Assembly: GCA_963668625.2 (NCBI GenBank)
Contig: CAXXKA010000005.1
Span: 32,001 to 96,000 of the forward strand
Length of the DNA stretch: 64,000 nucleotides
Direction of reading: 5' to 3'
From: an uncultured candidate division Zixibacteria bacterium
GTDB taxonomy: Bacteria > Zixibacteria > MSB-5A5 > UBA10806 > 4484-95
Under the pieces are notes generated by a model. It ran no database searches, was not told the DNA's origin, and saw only the letters and a program-made list of their open reading frames with translations. Each line of letters opens with the position of its first letter. Within the stretch, counting starts at the first letter, position 1. The translations under genes were made by a program, and so were the position numbers. Positions 51,333 through 61,742 of this stretch are shown one piece after another.

Positions 51333-52748
51333 ATGAGGAAAACGATGCCCACACGGATAATGGTTGTTGATGATGAATCCAGTATGTGCGAGTTCATGCG
51401 TATCATGCTCACTAAAGAAGGTTACGAGGTAAAATCGGATACTTCCGCCGAGAATGCCCTTCGAATGCTGGAACGAACTCAACGCTCCGACCACAAAATC
51501 GATCTTGTAATATCGGATTTAATGATGCCTGAGATGTCAGGCATTGACCTATTATCCAAAGCCAAAGCAATTGATCCCAATCTCGATTTCATCGTTATGA
51601 CCGCTTTTGCCTCGGTTGAAACTGCTATCGAGGCTTTAAAGAAAGGCGCGTTCGATTACGTAACCAAACCATTCAAGGTGGATGAGGTTAAGCTGGCGGT
51701 CAGGAAAATCGAGGAGAATAAGAATATCAAGGCCGAAAACCGGATATTGAAAAAACGTCTATCCGGTGGTTTCGATAGCTTCCTTACCGATGATCCCCAA
51801 ACCAAAAAGATAATCGAGCTTGCCCGTAAGGTGGCAAACTCCGATACCACCATACTCATACTCGGCGAATCCGGCGCGGGCAAGGAGGTGCTGTCCAACG
51901 CCATACATACCTCTTCTAATCGCAAGGACGCCCCGTTTATCTCGGTAAATTGCGGTGCGCTACCCGAGCCCCTGCTTGAATCGGAGTTGTTCGGGCATGT
52001 GAAAGGCTCGTTTACCGGCGCTATCAAAAATAAAGATGGATTGTTTAAAGCGGCCGATGGCGGCACGATCCTGCTGGATGAGATAGGGGAGACCTCCTCG
52101 ACAATACAGGTGAAACTCCTGCGCGTGCTCGAGGAGAAAACGATTACCCCGGTTGGCGACACCAAATCATTTCCCGTGGATGTTCGCATAATCGCGGCCA
52201 CCAATGCCAACCTGGAAAGCATGGTCAAAGTCGGCTCGTTCCGTCCCGACCTGTTCTATCGTCTCAATGTTTTCCCGATCACCATCCCGCCGTTGAAAAA
52301 TAGGCCCAACGATATCACTCTGCTGGCAACTTTTTTCGTAAAACGCCACTGCGCCAAAATGGATTTGCCGGAGAAAGAAATTGCCGGTGATACGATGAAA
52401 CTTCTGCACAATTACAAATGGCCGGGCAATGTCCGCCAGTTGGAAAATATGCTGGAACGTGCAGTACTTCTTGCCAAAGGCAAAGCCATCCTGCCTTCCG
52501 ATCTACCCGAGTTGGCCGAGAAAAGTCTGCAGCTTAGTGAGACCGGCAACATAACAACTCAGGAATCGGCATCCGAGACATTACTTTCCGAACCGAGCCT
52601 GGAGATTATCGAGCGGGCTTATATATTCTACGTTCTCACTCAGCACAACTGGCAAAAAGCTAGAGCCGCCAAAGTGCTCGGTATCGATACATCGACACTA
52701 TATCGCAAGATAGAACGTTACGGCCTTAAAGCGCCGGGGGATGAATAA
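51333..52748 (+). CDS. sigma54-dependent response regulator (NtrC/AtoC family)
   Basis: REC, GESGAGKE, GSFTGA, LLDEIG, WPGNVRQLEN and a Fis HTH. Confidence 0.95.
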   Translation: MRKTMPTRIMVVDDESSMCEFMRIMLTKEGYEVKSDTSAENALRMLERTQRSDHKIDLVISDLMMPEMSGIDLLSKAKAIDPNLDFIVMTAFASVETAIEALKKGAFDYVTKPFKVDEVKLAVRKIEENKNIKAENRILKKRLSGGFDSFLTDDPQTKKIIELARKVANSDTTILILGESGAGKEVLSNAIHTSSNRKDAPFISVNCGALPEPLLESELFGHVKGSFTGAIKNKDGLFKAADGGTILLDEIGETSSTIQVKLLRVLEEKTITPVGDTKSFPVDVRIIAATNANLESMVKVGSFRPDLFYRLNVFPITIPPLKNRPNDITLLATFFVKRHCAKMDLPEKEIAGDTMKLLHNYKWPGNVRQLENMLERAVLLAKGKAILPSDLPELAEKSLQLSETGNITTQESASETLLSEPSLEIIERAYIFYVLTQHNWQKARAAKVLGIDTSTLYRKIERYGLKAPGDE

Positions 52749-53145
52749 AAAGATAGCTATTCTTAATTGGTAGTAACGGTTTTACCCGATCCGTTTTCTA
52801 TACCATTTCAATAGTAATCCCCTGCCATCGCATGATTGCCGCCAACGGCAACTTTCAGGGATATGGCGGGAAGCTATAGCGCAAACAACGCCTTTTACAG
52901 CATGAGGGAGCGTTGATTTCATAAAGATTAATTTGTCTTGGGAATCAGCAGTGTACTTAAACTCAATTCATTGCAGCCCTAATCCCCGGCTTTTGGTTTT
53001 TGATTAATTTAGCCCTAGTAGCAGTCATCCTATTTTACCTGTTTTAACGCTATATAAGACATGTATATCCACTGTCTTTTTCGCTTGCAATATCCGGTCT
53101 TGATTCATTATAATACCTTATCAGTCCATAAAAGGAGGCATAAAC

Positions 53146-54204
53146 ATGATCGATCCCGCATATGATAAATTAGCATCAATTCTAGATTCACTACCGAATG
53201 CTTTCCCGCGCACCGAATCGAATATCGAGCTTCAACTTTTGCAAAAAGTTTTCTCGCTCAAAGAGGCGGAGATTGCCTCGAATTTGACCGGCGAGTACGA
53301 ACCAATTGATGTTATAGCCGAACGAACCGGCTTGCCCGGCCGGAGTCTTCAAAAAGAGTTATTCCTCATGGCTAAAAAGTGGATGGTGTTGATGGAAAAA
53401 GAAAACGGTGAGATGTATTTTCGCATTGCGCCGTTTATAGTTGGCATATACGAGGGTCATCTGGAACGCATGGACCATGAGTTTTCGCATTTGTTCGAAC
53501 ACTACATGCTCGAGGCCGGCAAAGATATCATGAAATACGATCCGGGAGTTCATCGCGCGATACCCTCTGTAAGCCTGGCTAAAAACGAATGGATATTACC
53601 CTATGATGATGTTCTGGCGATTATAGATAAAGCAAAAATTTACCGGGTTCGGGATTGTATTTGCCGTGTTCAGCAGGGTCTTATCGGCAAGGGTTGTGAT
53701 GCTCCCCGTCATAATTGCCTGATGCTTTCGCCATATGATCGTCCCCCGAAACCAGGCGATTTGACTCGGGATGAGGTTATTGGCATATTAAACGAGGCCG
53801 AGGAAATCGGATTGGTTCACAGTGTCGGCAACCATCAAGCCGATTTGACATATATATGCAATTGCTGTGGTTGCTGCTGCGGCGTATTACGGGGTATCAC
53901 CGAGTATGGTCTGGAACACTCGGTGGCTCATGCTAATTATTTCGCGGTTATCGATCCCGATGAGTGCAACGGATGTGGTACTTGCGTGGATAGATGCCAG
54001 GTGAATGCTATCACCCTCCCGGATAATATTGCCGAAATCATAATCGAAAAATGTATTGGCTGTGGTTTATGTGTAAGTGGCTGCCCGGATAATGTCGCCA
54101 AACTGGTTCGTAAACCGGAGGATGAGATAGTTCACCCGCCGATAGATTTCACCGACTGGGAGGATCAGCGACGGGAAAACCGTGGCATGAGTGAGATAGA
54201 GTAA
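53146..54204 (+). CDS. 4Fe-4S dicluster domain protein
   Basis: CICR, CNCCGCCC and two CxxCxxCxxxC ferredoxin motifs. Confidence 0.85.
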   Translation: MIDPAYDKLASILDSLPNAFPRTESNIELQLLQKVFSLKEAEIASNLTGEYEPIDVIAERTGLPGRSLQKELFLMAKKWMVLMEKENGEMYFRIAPFIVGIYEGHLERMDHEFSHLFEHYMLEAGKDIMKYDPGVHRAIPSVSLAKNEWILPYDDVLAIIDKAKIYRVRDCICRVQQGLIGKGCDAPRHNCLMLSPYDRPPKPGDLTRDEVIGILNEAEEIGLVHSVGNHQADLTYICNCCGCCCGVLRGITEYGLEHSVAHANYFAVIDPDECNGCGTCVDRCQVNAITLPDNIAEIIIEKCIGCGLCVSGCPDNVAKLVRKPEDEIVHPPIDFTDWEDQRRENRGMSEIE

Positions 54205-54452
54205 TTCAGCTATTCGATAGACTTACCTCTTGATTACACTGGAGCCGACTTGAATAATTAAGAGTTGAACAAGCATATCTGTCATCCCGGGCTTGATCCG
54301 GGATCCAGGGGGAAGGCGAGCAGGATTATAGTTTAAAGCCGGTACGAACGCGGCAATATGGAAGTTTAGCCGAAACGAATACAGCAAACATTCCAAACAC
54401 GTAGGCGTGATCTACACTGAATAGGCGATGAGAATGTCCGCCGGTCACGATC

Positions 54453-55472
54453 TCATTTCGCAACCCCTTTCAGGTATTCACCGCCGTAATCGATTTTCAA
54501 CTCCACCCACATCGGATAATGATCGGACATCTGATGAGTACGCCATGATTTGTAATGGCTGCTCTTATTTGTGCGAGGCTTACCCTTGCTCGTCTTGTGA
54601 TAAGCGTCGCCCATCTCTCCGACATACACCTGCTCATCCTCATCCCGATAGATATGCTCGAAGATCTTGAATACGCCTGCTTTGGCATTTTTCAAATCCA
54701 TCTTTCTTTTCGTTAAAAATGCCATCTGGTCGTAATGTTTATTTTGAGGAACATTTGCCGGCAGTTTTTGTATTTTATCGGGAATGATAAATCCCTGTTT
54801 GGTAATCGCTTTGAACGTGTCATCCGAGGTCGAGAAGATATTGAAATCACCGACTAAAATCATATTGTTGCTCCAGGCCGTATTCTCGGTTGCCCGTTTT
54901 TTCAAGAATTTAGCGAGTTCCTCTATCTCTCTTAATCGGCGGGGATTATTAGCCTCGGCTTTGCCATAGAGAATATGCACGGTAGTTAACATAAACCTGA
55001 ACCAGCCCGCCTTGAATCCGCACAGATAAGGCGTTCGCTGCAATTGAAGGACTGGAGTTCCTTTCTTATCCGGTAATACGATCTCGGCCGCCAGACCGCC
55101 AAAGCGGATTTTGCGCATATCATAAAGGAACACCATGCGCTCGCTGTTACCGCTGACATCGGTTACAAGAAATTTCCACCAGCCGCCGAGTTTGCTTGCC
55201 AGTTTTTTCAATGCCGATAGATCCCGCCTGACCTCCTGTACGGCCACCAGGTCGAACCGGGAAACAATTTCGGCGATATAGTTCATCGACTCCTCGGTGC
55301 GAAAGCCGTACTTGGTGGAATCGAACTCGCGAATATTCCAGGTAGCCAGCAGTATTGTTTCGCCTATGGTCCTTTTCGGAATTTCTTTATCGAGTTGTTC
55401 TCTTAGTAAAAGAAGGTTTCGGGCGGTACGTTTACCCATCTTAGATTTATCGATTTCATAAAAGAAAGACAT
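54453..55472 (-). CDS. endonuclease/exonuclease/phosphatase (DNase I-like) family protein
   Basis: ATWNIREF, DLVAVQEV, VHI, GDFN, YDQ and SDHYP motifs. Confidence 0.88.
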   Translation of the reverse strand: MSFFYEIDKSKMGKRTARNLLLLREQLDKEIPKRTIGETILLATWNIREFDSTKYGFRTEESMNYIAEIVSRFDLVAVQEVRRDLSALKKLASKLGGWWKFLVTDVSGNSERMVFLYDMRKIRFGGLAAEIVLPDKKGTPVLQLQRTPYLCGFKAGWFRFMLTTVHILYGKAEANNPRRLREIEELAKFLKKRATENTAWSNNMILVGDFNIFSTSDDTFKAITKQGFIIPDKIQKLPANVPQNKHYDQMAFLTKRKMDLKNAKAGVFKIFEHIYRDEDEQVYVGEMGDAYHKTSKGKPRTNKSSHYKSWRTHQMSDHYPMWVELKIDYGGEYLKGVAK

Positions 55473-55634
55473 TTTCTCTTCCTCCTTAAGCTAATATTTT
55501 TCTCCGGTGATTTTTCAACGTTGGACGACATAAGCTATCAGATATCTTGTGATTTTATATTTGAGTTGGTGGAAAGTGTCAAGGTATATTTAGGAAATAA
55601 CCTGTTCCAATTTATCTAATAAAATATCTAATTT

Positions 55635-55889
55635 CACTACTGTCCGGTCTTTTCATCTCGTTGCGAAGCGCTGCTTCGCAACGTGGCTTGTTTGCCTGCA
55701 GAATGCGCATTCTACATGATTCAAGAAGGTTTCCAAGCAGCGCTTGGAAACCAGAAAACCAAGCCTAACATCGGCAGGATATGTCAGGATGAATGATACG
55801 CTGAATAAAATAATTATATCGGAAAATATTTTTCATTAACAATTCCAAGGAGAAATTTAAAATTTAACGAAAAACACCGGACACTAGTG
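55635..55889. mobile_element. MITE copy C (255 bp)
   Basis: TIRs CACTACTGTCCGG / CCGGACACTAGTG; 9-bp TSD ATCTAATTT at 55626-55634 and 55890-55898. Confidence 0.92.
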
Positions 55890-55935
55890 ATCTAATTTTA
55901 TTGCCTATAACCACCTTTTCAATTATTTTACACTC

Positions 55936-56838
55936 ATGGAAAAAGCAAAATATATCAAACCAATCAAACAGCACATCCTGGTGTACGGCCTCGAGCTGGA
56001 ATGCCCCTCGATAGTCGTTAACGACTCGGTCAGGCTCAATAAGCTATTACAGCCTCTGACTGTCTCCGATCTCGCCGGCGCAGGTCAGGCCGGTTTCCGA
56101 GGCTGGACAGCTATCGCCCCGTTTGCATCCGGCTGCAAATGCGAGATCGAATCGCTGGAGGCCGCCGAGGTCAATCCTATCTCGGATGGTATCAGCAACG
56201 CGTTTCTTCTTTCCTGCGCGCTTAACCTGATGGATTACTCCTCGCATGTACCGCTGGCATCCTCGAACTATAGCTGGAACACTATTGCCGGGCATCGAAA
56301 GGAAGGGGATGATAATCCACCGAAATTACCGGATTTTACCGGACAACTGGTTGATTACTATATTAATGTAATGGTACCTAAAGGTTCGCTCAATAAAATA
56401 TCAGAAAACGATATAAGCTGGCTGCAAACCCATTTCGATAGCCTGAGCGCTATAGTCCGCCAGAGCGATCCCTTCCGATTCGCGCTGGAGGCCTCGATCG
56501 ACTGGCGTTATGCCAAGAATATACGTTCGGCGATAGCTCGTCTCTGGAGTGGTATCGAGGCGCTATATGGGCTTCATACCGAACTTGTTTACCGGATATC
56601 TTTCTATTCTGCCTCTTTGCTCGCGCAGAGAGGAGAGGCGCGCATAGAGAAATTCAAGCAGGTTAAAAATCTCTACGGTAAAAGATCGAAAGCGGTACAT
56701 GGGGGGAAGCTCTCCGATGAGGCTCTGGTACAGGCCGCCAACGACTCGTTCAGACTGCTACGCGATCTGCTCAAGCGCTCGATCGAGATCGGCCATGCAC
56801 TCACTGAGGATGATTTAAACGAGGCCATGTTCGGTTAA
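55936..56838 (+). CDS. HEPN domain protein (ApeA-like)
   Basis: LWSGIEAL...LYGKRSKAVHG (RxxxxH). Confidence 0.78.
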   Translation: MEKAKYIKPIKQHILVYGLELECPSIVVNDSVRLNKLLQPLTVSDLAGAGQAGFRGWTAIAPFASGCKCEIESLEAAEVNPISDGISNAFLLSCALNLMDYSSHVPLASSNYSWNTIAGHRKEGDDNPPKLPDFTGQLVDYYINVMVPKGSLNKISENDISWLQTHFDSLSAIVRQSDPFRFALEASIDWRYAKNIRSAIARLWSGIEALYGLHTELVYRISFYSASLLAQRGEARIEKFKQVKNLYGKRSKAVHGGKLSDEALVQAANDSFRLLRDLLKRSIEIGHALTEDDLNEAMFG

Positions 56839-57047
56839 ACACTCGACCTGCATCATGAATTGACGGATGTAGAATAGTTAAATTCGTTTGACTGATATCC
56901 CGACGATAAGTTCGTTTACAAAACCGATCGGATAATGTAATATATTTAATCGCAGGCTGGTACTTCGGAGCGAAAGGATGCAAAAGCAATAATAACGGCT
57001 AATAGCAGAATTTTGAAAACTAAACTCCATCAATAAAGGAGAGCGAG

Positions 57048-58037
57048 ATGCTACTACGTTTATCACTTATTATAATGATTATCTCGTTATTAATCATATG
57101 TTGCGGGCCAAAAGAGGAACCAGTACCGCTGATCACCGGCGATTATTACGGCCAGATCCCGCCTGATATCACAGCTCGAGTATTCGCGCCCGGCGCTATC
57201 TGTGATGGCCTCGGCAACCGCGATATGGCCATTCATCCCAACGGCGATAAATTCTTCTATTCGATCTGGCTGCCGACTCGTTCGGGAGTTTTGATGCAGG
57301 TGGATAAAATCGATAGCGTCTGGCAAGAGCCGATAGTCGCTCCGTTCTCTGGCAAGTACAGCGATCTCGAACCGTTTTTCACCCATGATGGCCGCCGGTT
57401 ATATTTCGCCTCGAACCGTCCCATGAAGGATGGCGACCCGCCAAAAGATTATGATATCTGGTATGTCGAGCTCTGTGATGCCGGCTGGAAAGAGCCTGTC
57501 AATGTCGGAAAGCCGATCAATACTCCGGGTAACGAGTTTTATCCCACGCTCACCACCGATAACGTCATGTATTTCACCGCGCCACATAAAAAATCAGAGG
57601 CAATATACAAATCAAAAATGGTCGGCGGTAAATTCAACAAGCCCAAACGTCTCAGCTACGCAATCAACTCCGCCCATGGCGAGTTCAACTCGATGATATC
57701 GCCTGATGGCAGTTTCCTGATTTTTTCCTCGTTCGGCAGGGAGGACGACCATGGAGGCGGCGATTTATATATCAGTTTCAAAGATGACGATGGCGATTGG
57801 CAAAAAGCGGTGAACATGGGCGATACGTTCAACTCCACACGCCTGGACTACTGCCCGGCATTATCCCCGGATGGCAAGTACCTGTTTTTCGCCAGTTCCA
57901 GGATGTCACCCGAGTTAGCTGATGGCGTGCTGAAAAGCTATAGCGATGTGGTCAACGTGTTAAACAGTCCCGGCAACGGTGGTGATGATATCTACTGGAT
58001 AAGCACGAGCACGCTGGAGAGATTTAAGCAGAAATAA
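57048..58037 (+). CDS. PD40/TolB-like beta-propeller lipoprotein
   Basis: Lipobox; EPFFTHDGRRLYFASNR, ISPDGSFLIFSS, LSPDGKYLFFAS. Confidence 0.85.
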   Translation: MLLRLSLIIMIISLLIICCGPKEEPVPLITGDYYGQIPPDITARVFAPGAICDGLGNRDMAIHPNGDKFFYSIWLPTRSGVLMQVDKIDSVWQEPIVAPFSGKYSDLEPFFTHDGRRLYFASNRPMKDGDPPKDYDIWYVELCDAGWKEPVNVGKPINTPGNEFYPTLTTDNVMYFTAPHKKSEAIYKSKMVGGKFNKPKRLSYAINSAHGEFNSMISPDGSFLIFSSFGREDDHGGGDLYISFKDDDGDWQKAVNMGDTFNSTRLDYCPALSPDGKYLFFASSRMSPELADGVLKSYSDVVNVLNSPGNGGDDIYWISTSTLERFKQK

Positions 58038-58038
58038 T

Positions 58039-58566
58039 ATGTCCGAGAAGCGATACATACAGGTATATACCGGCAACGGTAAAGGCAAAACCACCGCTGC
58101 GATCGGCCAGGCTATACGCGCGGCAGGAGATGGGCTTAAAACACTTTTCGTAATGCTGATGAAGAACTATCCCTATAATGAGATATCCGCCTTAAAGCGT
58201 TACGAGGATTTGATAACCCTGAAACAGTACGGTGATGATGATTTCGTATTAAAAAAACAACCACCGTCAGAAAAAGATAAAGCTACGATAAAGCAGGCTT
58301 TAGCCTTTGCCCATGAGGCCATGCTTAGCAAAAGCTACGATATTATCATTCTGGATGAAGTCTGCGTAGCCTCGTATTTCAAGCTATTAACACCGGGGGA
58401 TTTATTGCCGCTTCTGAATAAAAAGCCGGACAATGTCGAGCTAATCCTAACCGGCCGATATTGCCCTCGGGAGTGGCTTGATAAAGCCGACCTCGTTACG
58501 GAGATGACGGAAGTGAAACATTACTACACTCAAGGTGTAATGGCTCGAAAGGGATTTGAATCATAA
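58039..58566 (+). CDS. cobO: cob(I)yrinic acid a,c-diamide adenosyltransferase
   Basis: YTGNGKGKTTAA, ILDEV, ELILTGR, ADLVTEM and KHYY..G..ARKG. Confidence 0.93.
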   Translation: MSEKRYIQVYTGNGKGKTTAAIGQAIRAAGDGLKTLFVMLMKNYPYNEISALKRYEDLITLKQYGDDDFVLKKQPPSEKDKATIKQALAFAHEAMLSKSYDIIILDEVCVASYFKLLTPGDLLPLLNKKPDNVELILTGRYCPREWLDKADLVTEMTEVKHYYTQGVMARKGFES

Positions 58567-58569
58567 ACT

Positions 58570-58640
58570 ACCACCGGCTACAGGGCCGGTGGTTTTTAAG
58601 ATCAATAAAAAAAACCGGAACGAAAATTCCGAACCGGTTT
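58570..58640. terminator. paired terminators between convergent genes
   Basis: ACCACCGGC...GCCGGTGGTTTTT and AAAAAAAACCGG...CCGGTTT. Confidence 0.6.
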
Positions 58641-58665
58641 CATTCAGTAAATAGGCTTAAAAATA

Positions 58666-59712
58666 CTACAGAGTAATCTGGAATAATAAAGTCATCAGGT
58701 TATCGGCGTCGGTTACGTCGTCATCGATTATATCGTAATTTAACCTGATTAACTGATTTTTGCCGAGGTAGTACGTAGCCCCCAGTGTAGTTTTGGTGCG
58801 CTCGACCGTCGTTGCGGCATCGCTGTTAGGCTCGAAAAAGGCGTACCTGACTCCCAGCTCTACCATCTCCGGCAGTACGTAGTAGGTGCCGTAAACATAA
58901 TACCCGGCAGGTTTAATATCCGCGCCTGAAGTTTTATAAGTAGCCATAATGTACTCGCCCTGCACGCGAAGCATTCTCATGGCAAGCTCGTACTCCATCA
59001 TGAACTCCAAACCGATTGCGCTTTCATCGTAATCGGTCGAATCGGTGTTATTGAAAAACTGTCCCATGTAGTAAGCCAGCCCTAAATGAGTGCCATACGG
59101 AGCCTCGAGAATACCGCGTAAAGCGAAATCTTTGGCGCTGTTGTTATCGGTATTCCAAATACCGTTACCGTTAAACACCATCGCCTCATAGCCTGCCGTG
59201 AAATCCTCGTTGATTTTATGCTTGCCGGATACCATCGCCCCTATATCACGGAATAAACCGTTTGAATCACCGGTGTTGATCCGGCCCAGGTTATTGACTA
59301 TTCCGCCGGTTACGAAACTGGGATCGATAAATTTCCAGAATACGAATCCCGGTTTAGCCTCCAGGCCGAACGGATACTTGAATTGACCGATACGAACATT
59401 GGCAAGCGGGTGAAGGTAATAGTCGATCCAGGCCTGGTATAGCCGGGGCTCCAGACCGTTATGAATGCCCTCTATCATCAAGTGGTAACCGACATTATCC
59501 AATACTTTGCCTTTAATACCAACACGCGCGCGTTTGAACTGAAAAGTCGGATCGCTGCCATCGGTCTCATCATTGAGATAGCCTGATTGAAGCCAATAAA
59601 AAGTCGTTACGGATGGCTCGAACTTTTTTGCGGAAGTTTGTGCCGATGCGAAATTCATTGTGATTGCCAGAATTGCGATTGCGATTAATGAAACTCTTAA
59701 CGTAACCCTCAT
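58666..59712 (-). CDS. outer-membrane porin (OprO/P-like)
   Basis: Signal peptide; FKRARVGIKG, VRIGQFKYPFGLE, RDIG, NGNG...DNN.AKD; alternating beta-strand pattern. Confidence 0.82.
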   Translation of the reverse strand: MRVTLRVSLIAIAILAITMNFASAQTSAKKFEPSVTTFYWLQSGYLNDETDGSDPTFQFKRARVGIKGKVLDNVGYHLMIEGIHNGLEPRLYQAWIDYYLHPLANVRIGQFKYPFGLEAKPGFVFWKFIDPSFVTGGIVNNLGRINTGDSNGLFRDIGAMVSGKHKINEDFTAGYEAMVFNGNGIWNTDNNSAKDFALRGILEAPYGTHLGLAYYMGQFFNNTDSTDYDESAIGLEFMMEYELAMRMLRVQGEYIMATYKTSGADIKPAGYYVYGTYYVLPEMVELGVRYAFFEPNSDAATTVERTKTTLGATYYLGKNQLIRLNYDIIDDDVTDADNLMTLLFQITL

Positions 59713-59991
59713 GAATCCTCCTCGTTTTATTTACATCATGAAAAAGCAACAAGATCGGGGTATTATTGGTTCCCATGATTATATTAAGATTGTGCAATTA
59801 GCAAATAATATTAGATATTCTTTCGCGTAATGACTGATGGTCAAGCCGACTCGAGGAACAACACTATGCTATACGATAACCCGATTGATCGTGCTAATAT
59901 TTCTATTACTCCGAGGAATTAAATAACAAATCAGAAAGTCGGCGATAAAGATTGGGGGGGGTGGGGATCGCCGACTTTCTAAACGAGAAAT

Positions 59992-60945
59992 TTATTTTAG
60001 CAGTATAAGCTTTTCACACTCTGTGAATTTATCGCTTTCAAGGCGAATGAAATATATACCGGTCGTATAATCGGAGCCGTTCCAGCCCAAATCGAATTCT
60101 CCCGCCTGGCTGTAACCATCGTACAAAGTTTCCACCGGTTGGCCTAATACGTTGTAAATCACGAGTTTGATATCGGAGGCTAAGCTTAAGCTATATCTTA
60201 TCTGTGTTTGGGCGTTGAATGGATTGGGATAAGAGGCGACAGTAGCCAATTTCTCCGGTATCGGCATCTCGGTCTCCTCGATGTTTGCCTGCGTAGTTAG
60301 CCAGCTCATTACCTGAGCCACGAACTCATCTTTTGTGTTGGCGCCCGCATCCGTAATACTCGAGATCGGGAAAGTAGTCAGTATGGCTTTAAATGGTTCC
60401 TCGCGAAATATCCCTTTGCACCAGCATGAATCCTCACTCTCGAACGCCGGGCCGGTTCCACCACCGATCATTTCCGCGTATATTACCTCCGTCGATACCT
60501 CGATATCGAACGGGCTATTCGAGCAACTCCAGAGCTGCTCGGAGGGGTTGGTGGCACAGGTGGCAATATCGAATTGGAATATCTCATCCCGGTAGGTATC
60601 ATTAAAGTAAGCCGTGTTCTCTCCCTGCCAGTATATCGCGCCGCCATTATTCAAGTATACGAGAATATCATCAGCAACCTGGGCCGCCAATTCGGAATCG
60701 AATCCCTCGCACCAGTTATCAGCGAATATAAAAAGTACATTGTAATTGTCTAGCTGTTCGATATATGATTGTATGTCGTCCGTGATTTCTCCGGAATAAT
60801 CCTGTTCCTCGAGAAGCAATGATAGGTCATCGGCCGATTGCGATCCGCATGGATCATAAATCAAGTAATCATTGGCAAACACCATCGAGAATAATAATAA
60901 TGAAAATACCAGGGTAAGCGCCGTTAAGTTACTCCTATTTAACAT
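59992..60945 (-). CDS. secreted protein with T9SS-type CTD
   Basis: Signal peptide; SYPNPFN...GIYFIRL...KLILLK. Confidence 0.8.
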   Translation of the reverse strand: MLNRSNLTALTLVFSLLLFSMVFANDYLIYDPCGSQSADDLSLLLEEQDYSGEITDDIQSYIEQLDNYNVLFIFADNWCEGFDSELAAQVADDILVYLNNGGAIYWQGENTAYFNDTYRDEIFQFDIATCATNPSEQLWSCSNSPFDIEVSTEVIYAEMIGGGTGPAFESEDSCWCKGIFREEPFKAILTTFPISSITDAGANTKDEFVAQVMSWLTTQANIEETEMPIPEKLATVASYPNPFNAQTQIRYSLSLASDIKLVIYNVLGQPVETLYDGYSQAGEFDLGWNGSDYTTGIYFIRLESDKFTECEKLILLK

Positions 60946-61068
60946 AGCTCCACCTCCTGCTATTGAATAGTCTCTTATTATATTGTGTTATACGTAATTA
61001 ACTTATTTACGACATCGGGAGCTGTCAAGAGTTTTTTTATTCTGGGGATTATCAATTTATACATTTTT

Positions 61069-61260
61069 TACTGTTTTCCGGCCTTTAGCTAAACAGCGCC
61101 TCAGGATGTCGTACCTTCTATCCCGAGGCATCGGGCCGGAAGATTCACCAGGATATGTCAGGATGAAAGCGGAGCGATATCCTGACAAGCTGACAAATAA
61201 TCTTTGTCAACGATTCCTGCTTGAATCGAGCAATTGACTGAAAAACACCGGACACTAATG
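61069..61260. mobile_element. degenerate MITE relative
   Basis: Right end GAAAAACACCGGACACTAATG and internal GGATATGTCAGGATGAA are shared with copy C. Eroded left end TACTGTTTTCCGG; flanked by ACATTTTT on both sides. Confidence 0.65.
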
Positions 61261-61305
61261 ACATTTTTATTGAAATTACGATCAATCATTGCTAAAATAC
61301 TCCTC

Positions 61306-61626
61306 ATGAATGATAAATTGTTTGTAGTTCTCGTAACCTGCCCTATCGATAATGCCGAGGAGTTAGCCGAGACTCTCGTAAAAGAAAGGTTGGCCGCGTG
61401 TATCAATATAATACCGGTTAAGTCAATCTATTCATGGCAGGGGAAACTTGATCGGGACGACGAATCATTGTTGATATTGAAATCTAAGCAATCGGCCTAC
61501 GAAAAACTCGAATCCAGGATTAAAGAAATCCATCCGTATGATATCCCTGAGATAGTAGCTCTGGAATCCGAAAAGGTGGAGACAGCTTATTTAAACTGGG
61601 TTATAGATTCGGTCCAATCGGGTTAA
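61306..61626 (+). CDS. cutA: divalent-cation tolerance protein CutA
   Basis: LAACINI, SIYSWQG, E.LLILK and HPYDIPEI. Start ATG 61306. Confidence 0.93.
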   Translation: MNDKLFVVLVTCPIDNAEELAETLVKERLAACINIIPVKSIYSWQGKLDRDDESLLILKSKQSAYEKLESRIKEIHPYDIPEIVALESEKVETAYLNWVIDSVQSG

Positions 61627-61742
61627 TAATTTGTAATATACTCTAATTCCGGCGCATTTCATTTAGATTGATTCAAAACCTGATCCTTTAATTACTTTTC
61701 TCCCTAATGCATGAATGTCCCGGATAAATTCAGGAGATTAAA

